From Promethearchaeota archaeon (GTDB taxonomy: Archaea; Asgardarchaeota; Lokiarchaeia; Sigyniarchaeales; SOKP01), in the NCBI GenBank assembly GCA_019058365.1, contig JAHPZE010000002.1, forward strand, positions 192,001 through 256,000: a stretch of 64,000 bases of DNA, in the 5' to 3' direction. A model generated the notes under the pieces. The model ran no database searches. It worked only from the letters and a program-made list of their open reading frames with translations, and was not told where the DNA came from. Below are positions 1-10,049 of this stretch, one piece after another. A program made the translations under genes and the position numbers. Position 1 is the first letter of the stretch. Each line of letters begins with the position of its first letter.

Positions 1-127
1 TTTCCATTAGATCTCCGCATACTGGATTTCCAACCTTCCCATATCCATCGGGATTCTCAATAGACCCTACATTTCTTGGATTCCGAAAATGGTCCATTAC
101 CTTATCGGTATATTTATGTACACTCAT
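1..127 (-). CDS. iscU: Fe-S cluster scaffold IscU/NifU, N-terminal part (runs off window start)
   Basis: Manual translation from ATG at 127: MSVHKYTDKVMDHFRNPRNVGSIENPDGYGKVGNPVCGDLME; directly follows the iscS stop; not in ORF track. Confidence 0.95.
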   Translation of the reverse strand, partial: MSVHKYTDKVMDHFRNPRNVGSIENPDGYGKVGNPVCGDLME

Positions 128-1318
128 TTAATATTCCTCCTCTTGTAATTTTTTTAATAAATCTGAAGGCGTTAGTGGTGATAAAATTCTTAACCTTCTT
201 ACAATTCCGGGTAATACTTTTATAATTTTATCAATATCTTTTTCTTCTGTAAATCTCCCTAAAGTTAATAATAAACTCCCATGTGCTTCCTCATGTAATA
301 GACCACAAGACATAAGCGTATGGGAGGGTTCTAGAGTCTTTGAAGAACAGGCAGAACCCGTTGCTACCTCCACTTTTTCATCCTTTAAGGAGAGAAGCAA
401 TGATTCACCTTCAATATAATCAAACCGGAAATTAGCATTATTTGGCGTCCTTATCTCAGGATGCCCATTTAAATACGATTTAGGTATTTTTAAAACTTCT
501 CTAATTAATTTATCCCTAAGAATTTTTAATCTAGCAGCTTCTTCATTTATTTCTGTTTTCATTATCTTTGCAGCTTCTGCAAAACCGACTATTCCTGGCA
601 TATTTTCAGATCCTGACCTTATTCCCATTTCCTGACCACCCCCAATAATAATCGGATTTATTCTCACACCTTTCTTAAGGTATAAAGCCCCTATACCCCT
701 TGGTCCATAAATGTCATTCGAAGACAAGGTCAATAAATCAAAAGGAACTTTTTGTACATCAATAGGTATGGTACTTTCACTTGCTACAGCATCAGAATGA
801 AACCAGATCTTTTTCTTTTGAGCAATTTCCACAATTTCTTCTACAGGCTGCAGTGATCCAATTTCATTACTTGCCGTAGAAACTGAGATTAGGATTGTCT
901 CGTCAGTTATTAAACGCTCCAATTTGCTTAGATTAATAATACCAAATCTGTCTACAGGGACTTTACTCACTCTAAATCCTTGCCTCTCCAAAAATTTCCC
1001 TATATTTAATACCGAAATATGTTCAATCTCAGAAATTATAATATGATTTCCTTGTCTCTTGTTTCGGAGAGCTGCTCCAATTATCCCTAAATTATTTGAT
1101 TCAGTAGCCCCAGAAGTAAAGATGATGTTGTCTGGATTTGGAGCATTAATAAATTCAGCTACTTTAAGTCGAGATTCTTCTAAAGCATTAGTAGCATGAT
1201 ATCCATAATTATGTAATGAAGATGGATTGCCAAATTCCTCAGTGAAATATGGTTTCATAGCCTCAAAAACACGAGGATCGACTGGTTTTGCTGCTTGGTA
1301 ATCTAAATACGCACTCAA
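128..1318 (-). CDS. iscS: Cysteine desulfurase IscS/NifS
   Basis: YLDY, GNPSSLH, FTSGATE, GGGQE-RSG, TGSACSS motifs. Confidence 0.93.
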   Translation of the reverse strand: MSAYLDYQAAKPVDPRVFEAMKPYFTEEFGNPSSLHNYGYHATNALEESRLKVAEFINAPNPDNIIFTSGATESNNLGIIGAALRNKRQGNHIIISEIEHISVLNIGKFLERQGFRVSKVPVDRFGIINLSKLERLITDETILISVSTASNEIGSLQPVEEIVEIAQKKKIWFHSDAVASESTIPIDVQKVPFDLLTLSSNDIYGPRGIGALYLKKGVRINPIIIGGGQEMGIRSGSENMPGIVGFAEAAKIMKTEINEEAARLKILRDKLIREVLKIPKSYLNGHPEIRTPNNANFRFDYIEGESLLLSLKDEKVEVATGSACSSKTLEPSHTLMSCGLLHEEAHGSLLLTLGRFTEEKDIDKIIKVLPGIVRRLRILSPLTPSDLLKKLQEEEY

Positions 1319-1335
1319 TACTTTTACCTTTTTTA

Positions 1336-1590
1336 TTATTTCATTTTCTTAAATATAAATATTAAATCATCGCCATCTCTACTAAATTCTACTACTTTTG
1401 TATCTGTTCTTTTAGCCCATCTTTTAAGATCCTCTTCTGCAGCGGGATCATCAGCTATAACCTTAAAACATTGTCCTATATTTAGAGCTTCACTTAAATT
1501 CCTCACTTCAAATAATGGCTCAGGACAATATAGACCTCTTGTGTCTAAGATCTCTTTAATTTCTACTCGTTCACTTTGTTCATTATTCAA
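1336..1590 (-). CDS. tusA: Sulfurtransferase TusA family protein
   Basis: LDTRGLYCPEP motif; next to iscS. Confidence 0.9.
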   Translation of the reverse strand: MNNEQSERVEIKEILDTRGLYCPEPLFEVRNLSEALNIGQCFKVIADDPAAEEDLKRWAKRTDTKVVEFSRDGDDLIFIFKKMK

Positions 1591-1793
1591 TTTTAAAACC
1601 TTCTTGAAAAGATTCTCTTGATATATAAACGGTTCAAAAAGAGTATAAATCTTCTCATTATAATTTAATAAACTTTAATCCTAACTGAGAAAATTGTATA
1701 AAACCAATAAAAAAAGATAGTTATATTTTATAAGTTTTTAAACTGAATATAGTAAAAAAGAGAAAATTAAAAATATCAAATCAAAAGATATAT

Positions 1794-2429
1794 TTATTCA
1801 ATTCCAGCTAAACTTTTTATATGTTTCACTCCATCAACAGCATCATCTGCAAAATCATCGGCACCAAGTTTTTTTGCTAGTTCCATATTTAAAGGGGCAC
1901 CTCCAACAATTAGTTTAACTTTGTTACGGAGTCCTGCGGCTTTTAAAGCTTCATGAACAACTCTTATATGTTCTACTGTCATAGTTAATAAAGTACTTAA
2001 AGCAACAATTGTAGCCCCAGTTTCTTTTACTTTTTCAATAATAGTATTCTCATCAACATCCATCCCTAAATCATGAATTTCAAAACCAGAACTTAAGAGG
2101 AGAGAACCTAGTATATTCTTTCCAATATCATGATTATCTCCTTTCACTGTAGCAATAATTATTTTCACATTATCCTCTGCTTTATCAGCAGCAGCTAATA
2201 CAGGCTTCAAAATGGCAAAAGCTTCTTTCATAGTTTCTCCAGCAAGAACAAGTTCAGTTAAGTAATACTCTTTTTCTTCATAACGCCGACCAACTTCGTC
2301 CATACCCTTTGTTAAAGAATTCAATATATCAAAAGCATCCTTACCCTCATTTAATGCTTCTTTTACTGCATCTGCAATATCATCAACTTCTAATTCGATT
2401 ACTAATTCTGTTAATTTTTCAAGATCCAT
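1794..2429 (-). CDS. Corrinoid (B12-binding) methyltransferase cognate protein
   Basis: Cap domain plus GDNHDIGKN, SxLLT and GGAP motifs. Confidence 0.9.
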   Translation of the reverse strand: MDLEKLTELVIELEVDDIADAVKEALNEGKDAFDILNSLTKGMDEVGRRYEEKEYYLTELVLAGETMKEAFAILKPVLAAADKAEDNVKIIIATVKGDNHDIGKNILGSLLLSSGFEIHDLGMDVDENTIIEKVKETGATIVALSTLLTMTVEHIRVVHEALKAAGLRNKVKLIVGGAPLNMELAKKLGADDFADDAVDGVKHIKSLAGIE

Positions 2430-2562
2430 AAAAATCTCTTTCCTTTAAGAAAATCTAATAGTAATTATTATTAAAATAAATTAAAATTATCCTTTAAATC
2501 TTATTTTAATAAAAAGACACATAAATCGAAAATTTTTAGATTTTACTACAGAAAAAGAAAGC

Positions 2563-2705
2563 GAGGGAGATGAGAAAAATTAAAATCTTGAAAGTCTAAG
2601 ATTTTACAAAATTTAGATAGTTACCATTTTAATTAGGAAATTTCCTCAATTACTCGAATTGTGTAATTTTAGGGGATATTATTTGTAGTTTCTCAATCTT
2701 CCCTC
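2563..2705 (-). ncRNA. Candidate structured RNA or MITE with terminal inverted repeat
   Basis: GAGGGAGATGAGAAA (2563-2577) pairs with TTTCTCAATCTTCCCTC (2689-2705); internal hairpins; minus-strand TATA near 2730 and T-tract after the stem. Confidence 0.4.
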
Positions 2706-2985
2706 TAGGGTATAATTATGATACTTTAATATTTAAACTTAATTCAATTATAAACTAAAATTCTAAAAATCCTTCAAAAATCGCTCTAAAATTATCATTA
2801 CAAAATTATTTAATAATGAGTTGGGGTTAAATATGTATGTAATAACTACCAGCCATATTTATGAGTAAAAAATTAATTACTTTTACTTATTATTTTTGAG
2901 ATTAATATACCTTAATTTTTAAGATATTATTGTAAATAATTATTATTGGCACTAAAAATATAAATAAAAAATTATTATAAACATC

Positions 2986-3783
2986 GTGCCAGAAAAAGAA
3001 AATTCTTCAGAGGAAATAATTGAAGAAGATTCAATAGAAGAGTTAGAAAATATAGCAAATCATGATCTTTTAAAAAATATTAGTAATAAATATGCTATTT
3101 TTGCGAAAGGGTTAGTTAAAGATTATGAAATTGGGGACTTTATTGTTCGAGCTGTTGATAATATCTCTCTATCAATAGAAAATGGACAATTTTTAGTTAT
3201 TAAAGGTCCTAGCGGTGCTGGTAAAACTTCACTATTAAATCTATTAGGAGGATTAGATTCACCAAATAAAGGGGTAATTTACAACTTTGGTGTAAAAATC
3301 TCAAATATGAAAGAAGAATCATTAGCAACTTGGCGATTATTAAATTCTGGATTTATATTTCAAAATTACAATCTCATTAGCACTCTTACTGCTGAGGAAA
3401 ACGTCATGTTTCCAATGAGTCTTTCAGGTGTTGCTTTTAAAAAACAAAGAGAACGTGCAACAGAATTATTGTCAAAAATGAGTCTTGATGATCGAAGGGA
3501 GCATTTACCGTTTCAATTATCTGCGGGTGAACAGCAAAGGGTTGCAATAGCAAGAGCATTAGCAAATGATCCCCCTATGATTATTGCTGATGAGCCAACA
3601 GCAAATTTAGATAAAAAGACTAGCAAGTTTATTAGAGATCTTTTTAGAGAATTAAAAAATAATATTAGAACAATTATCATCGCAACTCATGATGATTTTT
3701 TAATAGGTTTGGCTGATAGAGTTATTACTTTTGATGAGGGGAAAATTATTAAAGAAGAAATACTATCGGAAAAGGAAATTTAG
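2986..3783 (+). CDS. ABC transporter ATP-binding protein (LolD/MacB-like)
   Basis: GPSGAGKT, LSAGEQQRV, ADEPTANLD. Confidence 0.92.
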   Translation: MPEKENSSEEIIEEDSIEELENIANHDLLKNISNKYAIFAKGLVKDYEIGDFIVRAVDNISLSIENGQFLVIKGPSGAGKTSLLNLLGGLDSPNKGVIYNFGVKISNMKEESLATWRLLNSGFIFQNYNLISTLTAEENVMFPMSLSGVAFKKQRERATELLSKMSLDDRREHLPFQLSAGEQQRVAIARALANDPPMIIADEPTANLDKKTSKFIRDLFRELKNNIRTIIIATHDDFLIGLADRVITFDEGKIIKEEILSEKEI

Positions 3784-3798
3784 GAATTAGAAAACAAT

Positions 3799-5706
3799 AT
3801 GACCTCCCTTGATTTTGCGCTGAAAGACCTTTACCGGAAAAGACAGACAAATTATCCATTTCTATTAATAATGTCAATTATCATAGCACTTACAGAGTTT
3901 TTAATTTATTTTACATCATCTTTAGGATTAAATATATTTATTCAAACAACATTTGTGAATAACTATTATTTCTCTGGAGGAATTAGCATAGTCTATAAAC
4001 AGTTCAATACTCTAATTCAGATATTACTAGTAATCTTAGCAATCGCAATAGTAATTACTGTAACAACCACACTAGTTATTTCTAAAAAAAGAGACATCGC
4101 TATTATGAAATCATTAGGTACTCTCCCCAAAAAGTTATATAGTTTTTATTTACTCGAAGTCTATGTTTTATATTTTATTGGATTTTTATTTGGATTGATT
4201 CTAGGATTAATAGCATTTGGAATATTTGCTCTAATTATGAGTTTTTTTAAATTTCCTTTAGTAATACAAATTGATTTAGTATACACTCCTATTTTATTTT
4301 TTTCTTGTATTCTAGGAATTTTCTTTATAACTGGTTATACTCTTAGGAAAATAGGGAAGCAAAATATAATTAGAACTTTCTCAAAGGATATACCTTATAA
4401 TTATGATGCTTCTAAGCGATTTTCAATTATCCCAAAATGGTTAATCTCAATAGGATTTAATATCAAAATTGCTGTGGTTAATACAGTGAGGAAAAAAGGA
4501 GAATTCAAGCGTTATTTAATACTATTTTCTATAATTGGATTGATGATCTTTACGTTAGGTTTGGGGTCAATTGTTTTAAAGACATCATCTCAAAATTGGA
4601 TTTATAAGTCTCAGGGTGAAAATATAGTAATAATTGGACATAAAGATGTTATTCATAATTATTCACTAATGTATAAGATGTTTTCTGATCCTAATATATT
4701 AATAGATGAAAGTAATATTGATTTTACAGCTTCAGATTATTTATTTAATATGAGTGATCTTAGTGAGTTGTATGATATTGAAGAAATCGAAAAAATTGAT
4801 GAACGATTAATAAATTTTTATGATGTAGAAGAAATTCCCGGGATTCATATTAACGATGACGATTCATATACAATTGTTGGACAACATAGAAGAGAAAACA
4901 TTCCTCTAATTGGTGTTAATCCTGATAGTGTAATTCAAAATTTTGAGATTGAAGGACGGTTTTTTACTGAAGAGGATGCTTACGATAATATAACTATAGG
5001 AGATGGCTTGGCTTACAATCTTTTCGAGCATGCGTTAGATCAGAGTTTAAGACTTACTTCGTTAGGACCAACATTCCATATTAGTGGAGTTGTCATTGAT
5101 AGCTTTTATTCTGGATGGGCTGGCTATGTAGGATTGAATATTATCCAGCAAGCACTTAATTTGTCAACAGAAATTAATCTTGTATTATTAAAATTAAGAG
5201 ATGGAGCATATAATATAATAAGAAATACACTTGAAAATATATCAAATAGTATTGGTGAAAATTTCACTTACTTAAAATTAGATGAAACCTTCCAAAGGAA
5301 TTTAAATTATTTTAATTATTTATCGATCTACCCAATTTCATTAATTCTAGTGATTTCAATACTGACTATATTATCATTATATAATTATCAGAAAGCAGGG
5401 ATAATGGAGAAAGCAAAAGATTTTCTAATTATGCGTGCAGTTGGTTCAAAAACTAGATCCTTGAAAAAGATACTTTTTTTAGAGTCATTATTTATTCTAT
5501 TACCATCTTTACTTATAAGTTTAGCAATAGGAATGATAATAAATTCTTTATTTCTGTTCAGCCGAGCCTATTTACCTCCCTTATATATTCCTTTCATAGT
5601 TTTTATGATTTTATTCGTAATATTTCTCAGCTTTAACTTTTTAAGTCTTTTTCCAATTATAAAAAAAATAAACAATTTTTCTATTAAAGATTTTAATATG
5701 TATTAA
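3799..5706 (+). CDS. FtsX/MacB-like ABC permease
   Basis: Two RDIAIMKSLG / KDFLIMRAVG FtsX-type motifs, multiple TM helices. Confidence 0.85.
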   Translation: MTSLDFALKDLYRKRQTNYPFLLIMSIIIALTEFLIYFTSSLGLNIFIQTTFVNNYYFSGGISIVYKQFNTLIQILLVILAIAIVITVTTTLVISKKRDIAIMKSLGTLPKKLYSFYLLEVYVLYFIGFLFGLILGLIAFGIFALIMSFFKFPLVIQIDLVYTPILFFSCILGIFFITGYTLRKIGKQNIIRTFSKDIPYNYDASKRFSIIPKWLISIGFNIKIAVVNTVRKKGEFKRYLILFSIIGLMIFTLGLGSIVLKTSSQNWIYKSQGENIVIIGHKDVIHNYSLMYKMFSDPNILIDESNIDFTASDYLFNMSDLSELYDIEEIEKIDERLINFYDVEEIPGIHINDDDSYTIVGQHRRENIPLIGVNPDSVIQNFEIEGRFFTEEDAYDNITIGDGLAYNLFEHALDQSLRLTSLGPTFHISGVVIDSFYSGWAGYVGLNIIQQALNLSTEINLVLLKLRDGAYNIIRNTLENISNSIGENFTYLKLDETFQRNLNYFNYLSIYPISLILVISILTILSLYNYQKAGIMEKAKDFLIMRAVGSKTRSLKKILFLESLFILLPSLLISLAIGMIINSLFLFSRAYLPPLYIPFIVFMILFVIFLSFNFLSLFPIIKKINNFSIKDFNMY

Positions 5707-5822
5707 TGAATTTTTTTAGATTATTAGAAAATGATAATATGGATACGACATTAATAAGTTAAATTTTAATTTCTAAAATTGTATTAATAAATTAATTTCT
5801 AATAAAATGGTGATTCTTCTCT

Positions 5823-7133
5823 ATGACTGAAGATGCTTTAAAAAATAAAATCAGAGAATTAGAGTTAGAATTAAAGAAAAAAGATCAAGAGATCGAACAT
5901 CTTGATGATATTATTGAAGAACTCCAAGATAAAATTATGGAATTAGAGGATCTTAAAAAATTAGAAGACGGAGCGACAAAAAAAAGTAAAAAAATACAAG
6001 CTGCAGAATCAAGATTTGCATATGAACTCGAAGAAAAAGATAGACAAATACGTGAATTAAAAAACAATATGGGTTTTTTAAGAAAAGAGAAAGTACAACT
6101 TCAACAAGAAGTAGAAAGAATGAAATCCGAGACAGACTCATCCGTAATTAGAGTCGAAGATTTAAGAAGTAAATCACCACTAAATGTCTTGGTAAAAGAT
6201 TTACAAGAAAAAGTGAATAAACAAAGTTCAATAATTAATAAATTAATGTCTAAAAATATTACTAGTGAAGATTTTGGTGAAAAATTGATTCAAAAAGACG
6301 AAGAAATTGAAATTTTAAGATTAGAAATCACAGAGTTAAATCAAAAATTAAAAGATCTTAGTTCTCCATCTGAAAAAAGTAGCAATTCAATAGCTAAAAG
6401 ACTAATCGAAGATCTTCAAAATCAATTAACCAAGGCAAAAAAACAAGTAGTTGAATTAAAACAAAAACTTGAAAAATCTGATAAAAATAAAAAACAAGAA
6501 AAAGATAGTCCTAAAATCCAAGATTTTAAAAAAGAAATCAATAGATTAAAAGAAAAACTCGAAGGAAAAAGCAATGAAAATAAGGTTTTAAAAGAGGAAA
6601 TTATCGCTTTAAAAAAATTTGAAATTACCGAGAAGTTTGAACAAAATGAGAGCCCTTCTGATGACATGATCAAAGCATTAAAAGAAGATCTCCAAACTAA
6701 GCTAAACAAATCAAAAATGCAGATTAAAGCACTTCAAGAGCAACTTGAAAAATTTAAGACGGGAAAACCGTTAGACTCGGGTGAATCTCAAAAAGACCTG
6801 GAAGGTAAATTAAAAATGCAAAGAGAGATGGCAAGCTTTCTTCAAAAACAACTAGAAACAAAAGAAGGAGAAATTGAAACAATTAAAAATGAAGCTGTAC
6901 AAATAAAAGCAAAATACAGGCAATTAGAAACTCAATCTGGAATAAAAGATCAAAAACTTAGTGAATTACAAAACCAGATAGATAGTCTTAATATTCTAAC
7001 GCAAATTCATCCTAAAAAGGAAGATCCTGACCTAGCGTTGAGAATCAGAGAGCTTAAGAATAAAGTTGATAATCTTAGAAAACTTAATAATGAACAAAGA
7101 TTAGAGATTTCTCAGTTAAGAAAAAAAATCTAA
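5823..7133 (+). CDS. Long coiled-coil protein, unknown function
   Basis: K/E/L/Q-rich heptads; repeated EDLQxxLxK motif. Confidence 0.75.
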   Translation: MTEDALKNKIRELELELKKKDQEIEHLDDIIEELQDKIMELEDLKKLEDGATKKSKKIQAAESRFAYELEEKDRQIRELKNNMGFLRKEKVQLQQEVERMKSETDSSVIRVEDLRSKSPLNVLVKDLQEKVNKQSSIINKLMSKNITSEDFGEKLIQKDEEIEILRLEITELNQKLKDLSSPSEKSSNSIAKRLIEDLQNQLTKAKKQVVELKQKLEKSDKNKKQEKDSPKIQDFKKEINRLKEKLEGKSNENKVLKEEIIALKKFEITEKFEQNESPSDDMIKALKEDLQTKLNKSKMQIKALQEQLEKFKTGKPLDSGESQKDLEGKLKMQREMASFLQKQLETKEGEIETIKNEAVQIKAKYRQLETQSGIKDQKLSELQNQIDSLNILTQIHPKKEDPDLALRIRELKNKVDNLRKLNNEQRLEISQLRKKI

Positions 7134-7140
7134 ATCTATT

Positions 7141-8121
7141 ATGGAATTAATTATTTTAGGAAGTGCTGCTGCAATTCCTATTAAAAATCGTAATTTATCC
7201 TCTATAGCTATTAAATTTAAAAATCAGACTTTAATATTTGACTGTGGGGAAGATTTCCAGCGGAAATTTGCTGAAGCTTCTCTAAAATTTAATAAGCCAT
7301 TGAAGATCTTTATAACACATTTTCATGGAGATCATATTATTGGACTCCCCGGATTTTTATTTCGATTGAGTTTAAATGATAGAACTGCACCAATGATGAT
7401 TTTTGGACCTCGAAATCTTTTTCTCTATTTATTTCTCCATAAAAAAATTCTCGGATTAAAGGCAAATTATCCTATTACTATTTTTGAGATTGACCATCTA
7501 AATAATGAATTAATTGAGTTTGAGGGATTAGATTCAGAAGAACCAAAAAGAACAATTAAGATTAATGATAATATCATTTTCGATTCCAAATCATTTTCCA
7601 TGAAATATGCTTTAGTGGAACACTCAATAATTACATTTGCATATGCTTTTGTTGAAAAACCTCGTTATGGTAAATTTAACCCAATTAGGGCTAAAGATCT
7701 AAATATTCCTGAAGGTAATCTCTGGAAAACACTCCAAGAAGGAGAAGTTATTGAAATTAATGGAAAAATTATTGATCCCGTTAAAGAGGGAATTATCAGT
7801 CCAAAAAAACCGGGAAGAAAAATAACTTACTCTGGAGATATGAAACCGAGCAATTCTCTAATAGATTTAGGAAAAGATTCTGATATTTTAATTCATGAAG
7901 CAACTTTCGCAAAAGCATTAGCAAAAATAGCTGAAGATAAAAAACACTCAACTTCAATTGACGCAGCAAATGATGCAAAAAAAATGAATGCAAAACAATT
8001 AATTCTCACTCATATTTCTTCACGATACCAAGAAGATGCTATAAAATTACTAGAAGAAGCTAAAGAAATTTTCCCAAATACCGTTTTAGCTGAAGATTTA
8101 TTACGAATTACATTAAAGTAA
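7141..8121 (+). CDS. rnz: Ribonuclease Z
   Basis: THFHGDH, HEATF, LTHISSRY, exosite arm. Confidence 0.95.
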   Translation: MELIILGSAAAIPIKNRNLSSIAIKFKNQTLIFDCGEDFQRKFAEASLKFNKPLKIFITHFHGDHIIGLPGFLFRLSLNDRTAPMMIFGPRNLFLYLFLHKKILGLKANYPITIFEIDHLNNELIEFEGLDSEEPKRTIKINDNIIFDSKSFSMKYALVEHSIITFAYAFVEKPRYGKFNPIRAKDLNIPEGNLWKTLQEGEVIEINGKIIDPVKEGIISPKKPGRKITYSGDMKPSNSLIDLGKDSDILIHEATFAKALAKIAEDKKHSTSIDAANDAKKMNAKQLILTHISSRYQEDAIKLLEEAKEIFPNTVLAEDLLRITLK

Positions 8122-8431
8122 CAGTTTTATAGAACCAAATCATAATATCTATTATAAATCTAAATTAAGGATTAATTTTGGTTAATATTCTACAAGACAT
8201 TTGGAATGTGACTCAGAATGATATAGTGTTTTATAACCGTGTCTTTAATCACACTATTAATGAATAACTATTTGATTATTAATAACTTTTTTTTAAATAA
8301 ACTTTTTTAAATCAAATAAATACAGTAAAATTTTCAATAAATCATTGGAAATACGTAACATAATTAACACATCATTCATTTTCTTAAATAGTTCAATATG
8401 AACTGAAAAAAAAATTTAATTTATGTAAAAA

Positions 8432-8686
8432 TTGGTTTTAAAATTGACCGAAGGTACAGTTAAATGGTTTAATAACCGTAAAGGTTATGGATTTATAGCA
8501 ACTGAAGAAGAAGGAGATATATTCGTTCATCACAGTGCCATTGTTAAGAAGAGTGATGAATATGCCTCGTTAAATGAAAATGATAAAGTAGAATTTGAGA
8601 TCACTCAAGGTGATAAAGGTCCTGCTGCAAGTAAAGTAGTAGTAACTGAAGCCGCTCCTGCTCAAGTTCGAGATTTTCGATATTAA
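8432..8686 (+). CDS. Cold-shock domain protein (true start probably TTG at 8444)
   Basis: [29 protein letters not shown]. Confidence 0.93.
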   Translation: MVLKLTEGTVKWFNNRKGYGFIATEEEGDIFVHHSAIVKKSDEYASLNENDKVEFEITQGDKGPAASKVVVTEAAPAQVRDFRY

Positions 8687-8814
8687 ACTTCTTTTTGTTA
8701 CAAATCAATAAAATATAATAATATTTAATAAGTAGTAGGTAGTAATTAGTAAGACCTTGTTTTGCGATTGTTATCGAATCTTATCTTTTTTTTATTTCTT
8801 AAAAAAAAATTTTT

Positions 8815-9207
8815 TTAGAAGAGGGGGATGTTATTAATGTCCAAACTTTTAGGAATTCTTTTATTACGTTCTAAATAAGAAACTTCATGTCGTAAATATC
8901 TCCAAGATATTTCGCATTTCTCTAATTTACCATCAACTGACGTTTCAAATTCCCAAGGATTAATTACAATTAAGTCCCCTTTTCTTATCCACACTCTTTT
9001 TTTAATTTTCCCTCGGATTCTCCCAATACGGCGTTTTCCATCTTCACAATAAACACCCATCCTTTCTTGGCCAAATATCTCAACAACCCGCGCAAACATT
9101 TCTCCGTTCTTTCTATAAGGCATTTTTACTCTCGATACTGTTGGGGTTGGAGCGGGAGTGAAACTCCTCCGTCCTTTTTTTTGTTGGTTTTTTTTCATCT
9201 TAGGCAT
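8815..9207 (-). CDS. eif1a: Translation initiation factor aIF-1A
   Basis: RIGRIRGKIKKRVWIRKGDLIVI.PW. Confidence 0.93.
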   Translation of the reverse strand: MPKMKKNQQKKGRRSFTPAPTPTVSRVKMPYRKNGEMFARVVEIFGQERMGVYCEDGKRRIGRIRGKIKKRVWIRKGDLIVINPWEFETSVDGKLEKCEISWRYLRHEVSYLERNKRIPKSLDINNIPLF

Positions 9208-9663
9208 ATATATTCTACTCTTTAGTTTTTCTAGCTAGTTACTATTATAAATCCGATTTACTATAAATGTAAAGAATTATACTTTTATTTGAAGTTAAAA
9301 TCGGAATATGCTTCGCATAAAACTCGCAAGGTGCGAATTGAAAATTTAAAATTCAGTTAAATTTAAAACATATCTTTATAATTTAATAGGATAATAATTA
9401 CTTCTTTTTAGGTTTTTCTAAATCATTTAAAATATTCATAATATAAACCGAAAAGTAAATGAAAGAACAGACTATATGTCGGAGTGCTGATGGAAAAGTG
9501 AAACTATTAACTCTATACGATTAATTAATATCTCGATTGAGAATAACACACAATGCTATTTACGTGGAAAATGGGTTTATATAATGAAAATTGAATTAAA
9601 AGATTATAGCACTCTATTTTTATTAAAAAGAGGATTACAAAAAAATCCATTTTAATTAATGAT

Positions 9664-9882
9664 CTAAATCCCGCCGGCGATATGGGGAAGGATAACCACT
9701 TCTGATTGCTCATTGATAACGGTATCGGGTGTAGCCTTCTTTCCATCCACTAGAATTCCAAAGTACTTATTTTCTAATTTAAGTTCTTGTAGTAGGTCAG
9801 CTACAGTCATTGTTTTTTCTGGTTTGAACATTTCATACAAGCCAGTATCTAATAATTCAGAAATTTGTTTTATAACAATCAC
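9664..9882 (-). CDS. MoaD/ThiS/SAMP ubiquitin-like protein (likely start ATA at 9873)
   Basis: Beta-grasp pattern ending VVILPHIAGG-I. Confidence 0.85.
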   Translation of the reverse strand: MIVIKQISELLDTGLYEMFKPEKTMTVADLLQELKLENKYFGILVDGKKATPDTVINEQSEVVILPHIAGGI

Positions 9883-10049
9883 CTACATTTTTTTATTATT
9901 AATAATATACACGTTATACTATTTAATATTATTCCTTTATAAAAAGTCGTTTCAGAATGCTGTGAATTCTTGTTTTTGAACCAATTATTGCATTTATTTT
10001 AGTGTTTCTAAATAGATTTTCATTTTAAAGAAAACTGAATAGAAAAATT

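Noticed and set aside
8217-8265. SECIS-like AUGA...GA hairpin after rnz
   Set aside because: Three extra bases break the core geometry, and upstream genes have no in-frame TGA
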